This document shows positions 54,701-64,000 of a DNA stretch of 64,000 nt, piece by piece. Each line of letters begins with the position of its first letter. Within the stretch, counting starts at the first letter, position 1. The notes under the pieces are model-generated. The model had not been told where the DNA came from and ran no database searches. It saw only the letters and a program-made list of their open reading frames with translations. The position numbers and the translations under genes are program-made. This stretch comes from a virus. Taxonomy: Duplodnaviria; Caudoviricetes. The stretch covers positions 1-64,000 of the IMG/VR virus record IMGVR_UViG_3300017589_000080. One strand, given 5' to 3'.

Positions 54701-54917
54701 TAACACTGACAATACAAGTAATCAGACTATTGATCTTGACAACACTGATGTTATTAAAGCACTGTATGATATTGCAAATAATATTGTGACAGCAGTCAAA
54801 GGAATCAGTGTCGGCAAGGATACGACAGCAACAAATAATCTATTATCAAAAGGTGGAACCTCGAGTTATGATTTTAACTTGACAAACTTAGTCCCATCAA
54901 TGCCAACTAACAGGTAG
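51717..54917 (+). CDS. tape measure protein
   Basis: ~1066 aa helical; Gly/Ala-rich hydrophobic segment; C-terminal GYAVG...VKVHQDEGILT; SD GGAGGT favours TTG 51717. Confidence 0.9.
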   Translation: MANDKGKTPDNDSNKNNSDPLGTKRSNPFRSNKTDKYDFISVDVKGVSKDVEKIFSVAKSELSSYNKVYNKTIDNMISYTEKSYDSMYSRLRSKHNSYMSDIYGSQKTNAAKMDDLFGKPVKKQIIIDSQGTVKNLDAVAPSNKEPTDKESKGLVQHGAELIVGTLEKYLDIWIDRFLNGVNKIAGTYEATYKGVSVMMNENQSQYMGWQTSAMGEIKNMGLTNNVAISAVMSELSDITKMGVIGERAKNKALADTISKTLSPYISTTTDAYTDLQFKLGDNFTTSMRGMGASIQEQTGQLRFLVKNADDILTNMEPMFLNAKSDSFDKQFSQMAGTLEQMVASGDITSVQAEQYKQDTYSLVMDQYGTLQNGTTAQITALNDMYNKGVNPEDDIAKTLATYGKTSADLMNLADTSGVFGGVNRSAVGTNLVGGSSQMWYTPEESSTWIEALNKMSEIDPNASGEQLLKQLEDDKYTTALEAKDTWTENQSLATAQFKQTYPDAYTLLEGMALSLKAIVFATAASGITNLFSGSGSSAVGKMFGNGTGKIISESTALGAKEAIKTTGSKFLTSATSILSTNAAKIVGGAGGALALGLDAYQGYKKADEWKTSQTASAVGGALGGSGKGLGEGGLIEVGGNIALNALKGAAIGTIFGPVGTLVGAGVGGLFGAIGGKRFAEGMDTVTDTLGKFGKQISGSTNAFSETMGKLEDQFKNQTEIMKDEHNTNVTQMEDLKKTWESATTLEEKRKILVDKGIMTNEEASNSTSAKLESMFENYYKDSTTQEEVRTTAEKEYYKERQKATEDQFNADLDKNKQILKDQLKSKTGDELKAFGEDIGLNEQQIKNIQNSKGKFNEENLINAIINNTSKVGEGATDTENSKILNKKYNLSLNGLDPEQAAVDNAAYATKMAEEKAKTATAEATKAPTKTVNFGMGNILGYAVGDDLVSKDSIVKVHQDEGILTKDDNREYRKVQQAVPVISDFINKASSLTATNNTDNTSNQTIDLDNTDVIKALYDIANNIVTAVKGISVGKDTTATNNLLSKGGTSSYDFNLTNLVPSMPTNR

Positions 54918-54924
54918 GTGAGAA

Positions 54925-56331
54925 ATGAATTTAAACTATGAAAGTAATAACTATCTTGTCAAGTATCTACAGACATTCTTGCAAGAGAATTATTCAACGT
55001 CAATAAATGTATCTGGTCGATATGATTCTGAAACACATGAATACCTTTTAAATTACCTAAGACTACCAAACACTTCTAACATTGAGATAATAAACACTGC
55101 ATTGAAAGCTGATTTTGTTGAGCTTTTTGACAGGTTCATCTTATACAGAAGTAGCAGTGATTTAGTATTTGTAAGTAAGGTTTATGACACAGATACGATA
55201 AGATACATTGATGATATCCGATATGAATTGTCTGATTATGTTAACAAATATGGCTATGTAATCTCTGAGTTATCTAACTCTAACAATAGCGATACAACAA
55301 AATTAAGAATAGTCATTAAAGGGAAAGATAAGAAAGACTTATTTCCAAACAAAGATATGTTATGTCTTGTCAATTCCTTTAATAACAGATACATCTACAA
55401 CATGGCAATCGTTGATAATATTGGTCAGGATGACATCCTCCATGAATCAGCTGGATACAAAGTTGGAGTTATTCCATGTGAACCAAATACAACTTATGGA
55501 ATTTGCCATGGTTATGATCATACAACACCAATCGTAGTATCTTCAAGTATGCATAGTTTAAAAGAAATAAGTCTTGGAGACATCTCAGTTGATAACACTG
55601 TTAGTGTAAACTTAGGTGTCTCCACCTTTTTAAATTACACTACATCAGATACTTGCAAACATTTATTAATTCAGATGCCACACACAAGTAATATTATAGA
55701 CAAGACAACAACTGTTAAAGTTCCTGTGCTTGTTGGTGATGTTAATCTTGACAACGTTGTTAATAAGACTGATAGAGATCTGTTAAAAGGATTCATTGAT
55801 TCTAATACAGTCTTAAAAGGAATGCAATTCGTTGCAGCAAATACAGATACATCTCATAAGACAAATGGTCAACAGGTCATTGACAACTGGGATCTTGCAA
55901 AACTTGATGATTATCTGGAGGGTGTTGTTGGGAACCTTGGCGTTGTCTATTATGATCAATTAATAAATGATGGGACAAGCGATTACAATAAACTCCTTGT
56001 AATTCAAGGGGACTACTCTAATCTTAATGTTCCTGCTGAAGAATTCATTACAGATCCTTGGTCTGTCCATGGTAAGTTCTTAAATTATCTTATGGACATT
56101 GGGATTACAGGTTACAGTAATCAAGATGATATTTATTATGCACAGAAGCTTATTGGGAAATTATATACCAGTTATTCTTACAATCCAGGGTTATTCGATT
56201 CTGAAATGAGAACATACATCAAAGAGTTCCAAGACTCAAGAGATATAAATTTCTCCTTTGGATATCTTGATGTTGAAACAGAAGCTGAGATATTAAAAAT
56301 ATTATCAGATAAAGGAGGTATCTCAGTATGA
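54925..56331 (+). CDS. tail protein with PG-binding-like ends and a dockerin-like domain
   Basis: N- and C-terminal LQ..L...G.YD.ET / Q.L...G.FD.E....I.EFQ; central GDVNLDNVVNKTDRDLL...ANTD...VIDNWDLAKL. Confidence 0.7.
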   Translation: MNLNYESNNYLVKYLQTFLQENYSTSINVSGRYDSETHEYLLNYLRLPNTSNIEIINTALKADFVELFDRFILYRSSSDLVFVSKVYDTDTIRYIDDIRYELSDYVNKYGYVISELSNSNNSDTTKLRIVIKGKDKKDLFPNKDMLCLVNSFNNRYIYNMAIVDNIGQDDILHESAGYKVGVIPCEPNTTYGICHGYDHTTPIVVSSSMHSLKEISLGDISVDNTVSVNLGVSTFLNYTTSDTCKHLLIQMPHTSNIIDKTTTVKVPVLVGDVNLDNVVNKTDRDLLKGFIDSNTVLKGMQFVAANTDTSHKTNGQQVIDNWDLAKLDDYLEGVVGNLGVVYYDQLINDGTSDYNKLLVIQGDYSNLNVPAEEFITDPWSVHGKFLNYLMDIGITGYSNQDDIYYAQKLIGKLYTSYSYNPGLFDSEMRTYIKEFQDSRDINFSFGYLDVETEAEILKILSDKGGISV

Positions 56332-56807
56332 TAGGGTGTTATGTTTCATTAAACACAATAAAAGATAATGTAGCAATAGAACTTCCAAGTTATCCAGATG
56401 AATTATCAGATAATACCAGTGCTAACTGGGCTGATCAAACAATAGTCGGAAGAAGTTCACCGATTGCAGCATTCACTGGAACTGGTTATAGAAATGTGAG
56501 CTTTAACTTCTTGATGCATCGTGAGATGGCTAATAACATTGAAGAGGTTATAAAGTTTCTAAGGTCTACAGTCTATCCTTCTTATCAAGCTTCTGGATTA
56601 ATACCTCCAATAACAACTTTCAGATTTGGAGCCTTCAGAATAAAAGGAATTGTAAGATCTGTTGGCTTCGTTTTCAAGAAACCAATTATTAATGAGGTCT
56701 ATCAACTTTGTGAAGTTTCAATAAACATTGACAGTACACCAGAAAATGTAATTGATGTTGATTATATCATGTACTCAAGTTCAGCTATGAATCCAATGAA
56801 TGACTAA
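56328..56807 (+). CDS. tail tube initiator (gp48/gp54-like)
   Basis: PDELSD...ANW....IVGRSSPI..F.GTG.R.VSF, PP...F.FG. Confidence 0.8.
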   Translation: MIGCYVSLNTIKDNVAIELPSYPDELSDNTSANWADQTIVGRSSPIAAFTGTGYRNVSFNFLMHREMANNIEEVIKFLRSTVYPSYQASGLIPPITTFRFGAFRIKGIVRSVGFVFKKPIINEVYQLCEVSINIDSTPENVIDVDYIMYSSSAMNPMND

Positions 56808-56818
56808 AGGAGATAACT

Positions 56819-57244
56819 ATGAGTGATTACAGACCAAAGTTTGATCAATATAAATATCCAATGTCACCTGCATATTTATCTAATCTTAGGGATATTTATT
56901 ATGATGTTGAGTATGTGAAGCCAGCGATATATAAATATGTTTCAAGATATCAGGAAACAAGACAGATAATAGATGCTGAGACAAGAAATGTACATCATGA
57001 GACATTTAATTACAAGGTTATTAAAGAGAGTAAAGAAGATAAGTATCTTACTGTTGATAACATTAGTGCTAATCGTCTTGACATTATTTCCCTGTATGAA
57101 TATGGGAGTCCAACTTATTGGTGGGTGTTAGCAGTTGCTAATAATATCTTAGATCCATTCAATATTTCTCTCGATACAATAATAAGAATCCCTCCATTAT
57201 TTGCTCTTTATAATAAAGGAGGTGTGTTAGAAGATGCCTACTAA
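56819..57244 (+). CDS. baseplate wedge LysM-like protein (gp53-like)
   Basis: RLDIIS...YGSPTYWWVLA.ANNI.DPF.....IRIP. Confidence 0.88.
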   Translation: MSDYRPKFDQYKYPMSPAYLSNLRDIYYDVEYVKPAIYKYVSRYQETRQIIDAETRNVHHETFNYKVIKESKEDKYLTVDNISANRLDIISLYEYGSPTYWWVLAVANNILDPFNISLDTIIRIPPLFALYNKGGVLEDAY

Positions 57245-58637
57245 GTCAGAAGGTATTAAAGTTCTAAATAACACACTCTCCTCTCTTAACACAATCCTAA
57301 CCAAGTCTTATTACAGTGTCTGGGTTAAGTTTACCATTGGAGAATTTGTAATAAATACAGCTTCAATGGAGAATAATTACTTTATGCACCTTGAAAACGT
57401 TAAGAATGGGACTGGTCAAGCTAATCAATTTACGATTACTTTGGCATATGTTCCAAGACTTGGACCTGGATTGTCAGGTACTATTTACGACGCAGACTAT
57501 TTAGATCAAATAATTGTTCAGTCGAATAGAAAGTGCAAAATACAATATGGATATAGTCACAGCCAAGATAACTTGATTTCACCTGAGTACAATGGCATGA
57601 TTATAGACTATGGAATTGAAATAAGAGATGGCATGTTGTTATACACTCTTACAGGTTACAGTGGTTTGGTTGCAATTGCAAACACTTCTTTAAACTTTGA
57701 TGCTAAGAAGAATATGAAACCAACAGAAGCAGTTGCAGAAGAATTAACTGCTAAGCTTGCTAATCTCGGATACACAGTTGAATGGGAAGATGGTGTAAAA
57801 GGCTCTGATAAATTGCCAACAAGTACAGATGACTCAAAGACTCCAATTATTCCAGCGATGTCAGATGTAACTTTATTTCAATATGTTGATTCAGTCCTTG
57901 GAATGGCTGTCTATGAAGGAAACGATATTAATACAGATGATCCTCTGAAATTATCCACTTATTATTATAACATAAGTGATAGTGACATGAAGATTTACAT
58001 TGGTAGGAACGATCCAACAGAAGAATCTGTAAATACTCAGTCAGCTATCTTTGTATTCAATTGGATGGACAGAACTAATAACATTGTTCTTGATTTCAAG
58101 CCAGACTTCAAAGGTTCTGTACTAATGTCTATGGCATCTCAGATAGCTTCAGATTCTTATGCTATTGGACCTGATGGTAAGAAAGTTGATAACACAAGAT
58201 ACATAAGCAACTTTCCAATTGCAGGTGGTCAAGCAGTAGAAGATGGTGTTGCTGATGTATTAACATGGTCAGATGCAGTTAAGATATCTTATAAAGCCAC
58301 TCTTATGTTGGTTGGTGTTCCTTGTGAAGTTCCAATAGGTGCTTACATTAAAGTAGTTCCTTTAATTTATGGCAAACCTCATCACACTCAAGGAACTTAT
58401 ATGGTTACAAAATGCACTGACATAATTGATTCAGGTGGGTTTATCTCTTCTTTAAATCTTGTTAAGATTAATTCAGAAGAGGTTACTAACTTTACAACAA
58501 TGATTAGTCAGACAAGTGCATCAAGTAATATGCCAGCAAAATCTGAAATGAATTACAAGTACCAGGAAACAAAAGATAAGAATTTAGCTAATGGTAAAAC
58601 AGAGAATGGTGGAGGTATCAATAATGGCGGAAGTTAA
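57234..58637 (+). CDS. baseplate hub protein (gp27/late control D-like)
   Basis: Position; C-terminal G.P....G..I.V.......G.YMVTKCTDII..GGF.S.L.L. Confidence 0.8.
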   Translation: MPTKSEGIKVLNNTLSSLNTILTKSYYSVWVKFTIGEFVINTASMENNYFMHLENVKNGTGQANQFTITLAYVPRLGPGLSGTIYDADYLDQIIVQSNRKCKIQYGYSHSQDNLISPEYNGMIIDYGIEIRDGMLLYTLTGYSGLVAIANTSLNFDAKKNMKPTEAVAEELTAKLANLGYTVEWEDGVKGSDKLPTSTDDSKTPIIPAMSDVTLFQYVDSVLGMAVYEGNDINTDDPLKLSTYYYNISDSDMKIYIGRNDPTEESVNTQSAIFVFNWMDRTNNIVLDFKPDFKGSVLMSMASQIASDSYAIGPDGKKVDNTRYISNFPIAGGQAVEDGVADVLTWSDAVKISYKATLMLVGVPCEVPIGAYIKVVPLIYGKPHHTQGTYMVTKCTDIIDSGGFISSLNLVKINSEEVTNFTTMISQTSASSNMPAKSEMNYKYQETKDKNLANGKTENGGGINNGGS

Positions 58638-60114
58638 TATTCAATCAAAATTATCCTCATACAAAAGCTTCTACACGCCATTAAAAGGAATTGTAACAAG
58701 AGAAAATACAGATGACCCTCTTAGACTTGATAGAATCCAGGTTAGAATACCTTCTTATCATGGAGAAGAGAAGAAACACTTGATTGGAACTGGTACAGAT
58801 CCTGGAGGTTATCCATGGGCACAGATGTGTGTCCTTGACTTCAAAGAGAATGGTAAAAATGTGTTCTCTTCAGTGACTTCAACTGTAAAAGATGCTGTTT
58901 CAAACTTATTCGGTAAAAGAAACCTTGGAGAGAAGAAGGAAACCAATATTCCAATCATTTATCCCAAGACTGGAGATACAATCTGGTTAATGTTTGAAGG
59001 TGGAGACATTAGATGTCCAATTTATATGGGGTCTCTTTCCTCGACTGTTAAAGCATTAGCAGTTTCCTCTGGACTATCTGGTCTTATCGGTGGTGACCTT
59101 GCAAAGATTGCAGCACAAGTAATAATGTCTAATGAAGGATCTTATGACTCAATAAACTGGGATGATGTTGGTAAAACATCAGTTGGAGTCTTACAATGGA
59201 GAGATAGTAGAGCACAGAAGTGTTTCAGTTATATCAGAGAAGCAAATTCAGCTTCTTTTGACTCAGCATGTGCTTCAAATAATGCTTCTGACTTTGTAAG
59301 CATGGTAAGTGGCTCATGGCCAGGACTATTCTCTGAATACTCAGCTGTTGGTAGTGCAATGTCAAGTATAATTTCAACTGACTACTCAAAAACTGGTCAG
59401 GATAAGTTATTGCAGGAAGATGTATCAGGATACTTGCAAGTTGGTAGAGATCTAGGACTAACAGATCCTGCAGCACTAGTATTCTTTGCAGACTGTTATA
59501 ATCAATCACCAGCAGGAGCTGAAAGCATTGTTGTTGCTGGAATGAGCTTGGACGATATCTACAATGCTTCCTTAAATGCAGGAGGTCTAAGTGGTAGTTC
59601 AAATTGGTTATCACCAAGACGTTCTAAGACATATGAGATGATAAAAACATTACAATCTCAAGGTGCTTTCAATCAACAACAAGCATCAAGTGCAGGTGGA
59701 ACATTATTGTGGCCAGTCCCAGGTGCAGGATTAGATTCAAGTGATCCAACGAACTTATTTGGAAACAGAATTAATCCTTACTCTGGAGAATATAAGATGC
59801 ATAATGGTGTAGATATTCAGGCACCAACAGGAACGCCATGTATTGCAGTATTTGATGGAGTTGTGAAGAGGGCAGGTAGTGGAGATGGATATGGTAATCG
59901 TGTCGATGTTTATAAACCTGATGGTTCAATGTCAACTTTATATGGTCATTTATCAGCAATAACAGTAAGTGTAAATCAAACAGTTACAGCAGGAACAGTT
60001 ATTGGATTGGTTGGAAGTACTGGTAATTCTACAGGTCCACATTTACATTTCAGTTTATTCAATGAACCTGCTGGAGAAGCCATAGATCCAGTTCCATATA
60101 TTGGATCACCATAA
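58624..60114 (+). CDS. baseplate spike (gp5-like OB-fold) + lysozyme-like domain + M23 peptidase
   Basis: DPLRLDRIQVRIP..H...PWA, P..GD.IW.MFEGGD...PIY.G; NEGSY...SVG.LQW; HNGVDI...YGHL...GSTGNSTGPHLHF. Confidence 0.9.
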   Translation: MAEVNIQSKLSSYKSFYTPLKGIVTRENTDDPLRLDRIQVRIPSYHGEEKKHLIGTGTDPGGYPWAQMCVLDFKENGKNVFSSVTSTVKDAVSNLFGKRNLGEKKETNIPIIYPKTGDTIWLMFEGGDIRCPIYMGSLSSTVKALAVSSGLSGLIGGDLAKIAAQVIMSNEGSYDSINWDDVGKTSVGVLQWRDSRAQKCFSYIREANSASFDSACASNNASDFVSMVSGSWPGLFSEYSAVGSAMSSIISTDYSKTGQDKLLQEDVSGYLQVGRDLGLTDPAALVFFADCYNQSPAGAESIVVAGMSLDDIYNASLNAGGLSGSSNWLSPRRSKTYEMIKTLQSQGAFNQQQASSAGGTLLWPVPGAGLDSSDPTNLFGNRINPYSGEYKMHNGVDIQAPTGTPCIAVFDGVVKRAGSGDGYGNRVDVYKPDGSMSTLYGHLSAITVSVNQTVTAGTVIGLVGSTGNSTGPHLHFSLFNEPAGEAIDPVPYIGSP

Positions 60115-60133
60115 AGAAAGGACAGTGATATAA

Positions 60134-60523
60134 ATGTTAGCAGAGAATTCGATCTCGTTCCCGAACATCGTAAATGTTTCAACAGGCTTCTCACAATACA
60201 GTTATGATTTACAATCTATTAATGAATGCCTTGGACTATTGTTTACGACTAGTCGTGGAGAATTACTTGGTGATCCTTTATTTGGAACTAACTTATTAAA
60301 GTTAATACATGAACCAAATGATTATGTCCTTCAGGACTCAGTCCAAGATGAAATATTAAAAGCTGTTAAGTACTATGAGAATAGAGTAACAATGAATGAG
60401 AGCAGCATAACAATGATCAACGAAGATAACAAGCTCACAATAAACCTGAATTATTATGTTAAAAAGTCTGGTGAAATTGGTGAGTTTGAATTAGTAATGA
60501 TGAAAGGGGATTTAAATGTCTGA
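60134..60523 (+). CDS. baseplate wedge subunit (gp25-like)
   Basis: I.E.L.LL..T.RGE..GDP.FG..L....E...AV..YE.RV. Confidence 0.9.
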   Translation: MLAENSISFPNIVNVSTGFSQYSYDLQSINECLGLLFTTSRGELLGDPLFGTNLLKLIHEPNDYVLQDSVQDEILKAVKYYENRVTMNESSITMINEDNKLTINLNYYVKKSGEIGEFELVMMKGDLNV

Positions 60524-62366
60524 TAATAACTTATCGAAATTATCTTATACAAGCAGAGATTATGCATCTATCTTTCAAGACCTTGTTAACGCTATTCCAT
60601 CCTTAACAAACACATGGGTTGCAAGGGAAGAAACAGATCCAGGGATAGTGTTAGTTAAACTCATGTCAATGCTTGGAGATATGTTATCATATAACCAAGA
60701 TAAAATGGTTTTGGAATTGTATCCAGAGTCAGTGACACAACGTAAGAATGCTGCACAGATATTCAACTTAATTGGTTATAAGATGCACTGGTATCGATCT
60801 GCAAGATCTGTGGCGACACTAACGAATGTTAATGTTAATCCTGCAACTGTTCCAAGATATACAAAATTTGTAACATCTGATGAATCTCTCTGTTACACCA
60901 ATGTTTACCAACTGGAGCTTCCAAGTAACACGACTAACAGTGGTATAGAATATCAGCTTGAACTCGTTCAGGGTCTTCCTAAGACTCCAACGATAGCTTC
61001 TGGATCTATTGCACCTGAATATAATGCAGCATGGCATTCTGTTTACTCTTTTAATGTTGTTTCAAGTGAAATTGTTTCCAACAGATTGTATATTAATGAC
61101 GGAAATATTGATGAATCTACAATAACTCTGATAGATGATGTTGGAGCAGAATGGATTCAAGTGAACAATGTTGACATCATGACAGCTACTGGTAAATTCT
61201 TTGAATTAAAAGTTGATGAATATGACAAAGCTTATCTTAAGATGGTAAATTACTGGTCAGACTTTGACTTGAAAAGATTTAAGTTATTCTATATTGTTTC
61301 TAATGGTGAGTCAGGTCAGATCTCAAGTAACACATTGGTAAGATCTATTACACCAATCTACACAATAACAGGAGATACAAACAACCGAACTTTTACAGAT
61401 GTTTCTTCTGACATAAGAATACTTAACAGAGCAAGTACATATGGATATAATCCAATGACACCAGATGAAGCTCGAGCAGACTCTGCTAAATATGTTAACA
61501 CATATGATACTCTGATAAATCTTGATGACTTTACGAGAGCTACAATGAGATTAAATGGAGTTGCAAATTGTATATCTTTGGACAGTTCAAATGATCCAAA
61601 CCCAGATCTTCCTTCTAATACTGTTAAGATCTATATTACTAAGGAACCTGAGTACGAAGACATAAATCCTGAGTCTTACAACGAGTACATTAATACAGAG
61701 TTAAGAAGTTACAAGCTTATTCCAATTGATATTATTGTTGATACAACATCAATAAATTATTATTACTGGACTGTAAAAGGCGACTTATTCTTAACGACTC
61801 CTGCAACCATTGACAAATGTAATGACCTTCTTGTTCGTGTTAACAATCAATTAAGATTTATGTTCAGTCAATCAAAGGTTGGGTATAATCAAACAGTTAA
61901 GTTCTTGGATGTTATAAACAAAACAATGTTAACTGACAAGGTTATAAATTATGCTGAGATAGATCCTATTGAGTACAAAGACAGCTTGGGAAATATTGTT
62001 CCGAACAATGTTATCACAGGGAAGTATACACAAGAATTCCCTAACCATAATGTTTCAGTTCCAAACTTTAATTATACTTTACAGGCTCTTGAGTTCCCAA
62101 TAAAACCTGGATCTGTAATCTTGAAAGCTGAAGTTGGTCTCTACACAATCTATGACAATGGAAATGGCAAGTTAATAGATGATAATGGTCTTTTAAGACA
62201 GTACGGATCTATAAATTATAAGACAGGTCTCATCTCTTTTGAAACGAACATCCTTTTGAATGTTCCATTAACTCTTGTTTATTACAAGAACGTTGTTAAC
62301 ATGGTTGTCTATCAAAACTTTAATACACAATACTTTAATGTTGCAACTGAAAGTGTAAAGGTGTAA
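60516..62366 (+). CDS. baseplate wedge protein (gp6 / P2 J-like)
   Basis: YTSRDY.SI...L......W...DPG..L..L....GD.LSY.QD; A..IGYK. Confidence 0.9.
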   Translation: MSDNNLSKLSYTSRDYASIFQDLVNAIPSLTNTWVAREETDPGIVLVKLMSMLGDMLSYNQDKMVLELYPESVTQRKNAAQIFNLIGYKMHWYRSARSVATLTNVNVNPATVPRYTKFVTSDESLCYTNVYQLELPSNTTNSGIEYQLELVQGLPKTPTIASGSIAPEYNAAWHSVYSFNVVSSEIVSNRLYINDGNIDESTITLIDDVGAEWIQVNNVDIMTATGKFFELKVDEYDKAYLKMVNYWSDFDLKRFKLFYIVSNGESGQISSNTLVRSITPIYTITGDTNNRTFTDVSSDIRILNRASTYGYNPMTPDEARADSAKYVNTYDTLINLDDFTRATMRLNGVANCISLDSSNDPNPDLPSNTVKIYITKEPEYEDINPESYNEYINTELRSYKLIPIDIIVDTTSINYYYWTVKGDLFLTTPATIDKCNDLLVRVNNQLRFMFSQSKVGYNQTVKFLDVINKTMLTDKVINYAEIDPIEYKDSLGNIVPNNVITGKYTQEFPNHNVSVPNFNYTLQALEFPIKPGSVILKAEVGLYTIYDNGNGKLIDDNGLLRQYGSINYKTGLISFETNILLNVPLTLVYYKNVVNMVVYQNFNTQYFNVATESVKV

Positions 62367-62368
62367 TA

Positions 62369-62983
62369 ATGATTAACACAAAGGGAATGGTTCCAAAGAC
62401 ATATAACAATTCAAGAGATTTTCAGGTGCTTAATAAACTTCTTGATCTCTCAGTTAATATTCCTAAGTCAGATATTAATAATCTGAACAGGATATTTGAT
62501 CCTAAGATGTGTCCTGAACATATGTTACCATTGTTGGCAAGTTATGTTGGTTATGAATATGATTATAATGAATCAGTTTATGCCAACAGACTTATCATTG
62601 AATATTTCCCTCTTCTAATAAGACATCGTGGAAGTGAAATTGGAATCTCTCTGGCATTAGCAATCGCTATCAATGCTGCAGATGACTTCAACGATCTTGA
62701 AATGACATCCTTATTTAGTATCGATTATATTAAAGAAGAGGGGTTAATAAATCTTTATGTTTATTCTAAGAATTACATTAAGAAGATAGATTACTTGCTG
62801 AACATCGCTAAGCCAGTTGGTCTTAAATATGAGTTAATTAATTCAGAGCCATTATATTCAGTTGATAAGATTTCTTTCACAGATGTCTGGGATAAGTATA
62901 AAGAGTATTATCCAAACAGTAACAGATACAAGGTTGGAAGCAGTGTTGGGTTTGGTCAAGTTTCTAAGAATTCGGAGGGTTAG
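62369..62983 (+). CDS. baseplate protein (gp7 / P2 I-like)
   Basis: DP..CP...LP.LA..VGY; RGS..GI; KPVG. Confidence 0.8.
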   Translation: MINTKGMVPKTYNNSRDFQVLNKLLDLSVNIPKSDINNLNRIFDPKMCPEHMLPLLASYVGYEYDYNESVYANRLIIEYFPLLIRHRGSEIGISLALAIAINAADDFNDLEMTSLFSIDYIKEEGLINLYVYSKNYIKKIDYLLNIAKPVGLKYELINSEPLYSVDKISFTDVWDKYKEYYPNSNRYKVGSSVGFGQVSKNSEG

Positions 62984-62984
62984 A

Positions 62985-63545
62985 ATGGAAAGTGTACAAT
63001 CATCTCAGTTACTCCCACAAATTAATGTCTTGATAAATAAAAGAGACAGTAAGACTGGAAGAATTCTTGAGACTCGAATGGTTAAGAACAGAGTTACAAA
63101 ATTGGCATTACTTGGAATTGTAAGACTGATAAATGGGGAGTTCAATAATACGACTCCTTTGAACATTGAGAATTATATTCCAAAGTATTTAGCACTCGGA
63201 TCAAATACAGCTGAAGAAATATCTCCAGGAGTTACAACAGAGGTAACTGTAAATGATTCACGACTGCTTGATGAAATAATCGGATCAAACAACTTACAGC
63301 AACGAATCTTGTTAACACAGAAGAACATACTAGAGAATAATCTGGTAAATCCTTATATCAAGTTAACAATGAAAGTCTTTATTCCAACAGATGCATTTGT
63401 AAATGAAGTTATTGGAGAAGCAGGGTTGTTTACACAGTCCTCTGGCAATAATTGTTGGGCAAGAGTTGCTTTTGCACCATTTACAAAGACCTATAATGAA
63501 GTTATTGACGTTACATGGGACATAAACATTATGTCTGTTGTATAA
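62985..63545 (+). CDS. baseplate/tail-fibre attachment protein
   Basis: SD GGAGG then ATG 62985; YLALGS...I.EAGLF...WARV.F.P..K...W.I. Confidence 0.75.
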   Translation: MESVQSSQLLPQINVLINKRDSKTGRILETRMVKNRVTKLALLGIVRLINGEFNNTTPLNIENYIPKYLALGSNTAEEISPGVTTEVTVNDSRLLDEIIGSNNLQQRILLTQKNILENNLVNPYIKLTMKVFIPTDAFVNEVIGEAGLFTQSSGNNCWARVAFAPFTKTYNEVIDVTWDINIMSVV

Positions 63546-63566
63546 TATAGAAAGAAGAGTGAGATA

Positions 63567-64000
63567 ATGGCTACAGATGTTGCTAAATACTATCTAACAC
63601 AGAACATTGTTGTTTATCCAAGTAGTAATTCAATTGACAATGGTAAATTGACTATTGAAGAGAACTTAAAGAACATGGTTTCAAGAATAACCAGTCGTAA
63701 CTATGCTTTAAAAAGTTCAGACTTTGTCCTATCAATTGTTGGTGGGAAGATTCAAATTGGTGCTGGTTCTGGTAACATACAAGGCTATGATGTTGTAAGT
63801 TCTGCTGCACTGCTTCTTGATAATCCGATCTCAGAAGTCGGTTACAAACTCATTGGTCTTAAAGTAACCAAAGATGGTTCTAACCATGTTCGAGGAGAAG
63901 TTTTAGATGGAAATGACACTTACTTCGAAGGAATATGGGCAGGATTCTTCCCAGAAGCTTCTGCAACTGATCCAGATCTATTAATTCTTGGAAGAGTCTA
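63567..64000 (+). CDS. 5' part of baseplate/tail fibre protein (truncated by window edge)
   Basis: ATG 63567, MATDVAKYYLTQNIVVYPS..., open to the end of the window. Confidence 0.75.
   Translation, partial: MATDVAKYYLTQNIVVYPSSNSIDNGKLTIEENLKNMVSRITSRNYALKSSDFVLSIVGGKIQIGAGSGNIQGYDVVSSAALLLDNPISEVGYKLIGLKVTKDGSNHVRGEVLDGNDTYFEGIWAGFFPEASATDPDLLILGRV

Noticed and set aside
1-64000. Stop-codon reassignment (common in some gut jumbo phages)
   Set aside because: Core genes are intact under code 11, and TAA, TAG and TGA all end genes at tight junctions (e.g. TGA 482, TAG 22763, TAG 37781).
1-64000. Minus-strand and alternative-frame ORFs in the track (e.g. 22919-23434, 36383-36877, 41039-41524, 54104-54619)
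   Set aside because: All lie antisense to or inside well-supported + strand genes, lack SD sites and show shadow-ORF composition.
1-64000. tRNA, tmRNA or rRNA genes
   Set aside because: No cloverleaf with a T-loop GTTCRA plus acceptor stem in any intergenic gap; GTTCG hits at 2984 and 34408 belong to other structures.

Overview
64 kb of a large, low-GC dsDNA myovirus (contractile tail, T4-like gp20/gp21/gp23/gp18/gp19-type virion module). All credible genes are on the + strand. Firmicute-style Shine-Dalgarno sites and CD1375-, BppU- and dockerin-like domains point to a Clostridia/Bacillota host (inference). Layout: accessory genes (thioredoxin, KTSC, Tad2/DUF2829-like; 1-3 kb); an array of small genes sharing an N-terminal M-I-[KR]-x(1-2)-x-E leader (3.3-8.5 kb, three more at 38-39.9 kb); GHKL ATPase plus large terminase (8.7-11.9 kb); a 20 kb fibre/receptor-binding block (13-33 kb); endolysin; portal with a mini-intein; protease-scaffold; major capsid; neck, sheath, tube, chaperone, tape measure and baseplate. 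The top candidate for an undescribed system is a capsid-targeting-leader cargo array. About 15 otherwise unrelated ORFs, including a SAM methyltransferase, an ADP-ribosyltransferase-like protein and several very acidic proteins, carry a leader ending in a motif like the T4-type prohead-protease site, with conserved DNA junctions and a repeated non-sigmaA upstream element. Other highlights: a start-less gp51-like frame reachable by a +1 frameshift, a dockerin-like domain in a tail protein, a ferritin-like half-domain in the head cluster, and a 35-bp switch-like repeat. All family assignments come from motif recognition by eye; no database searches were run.
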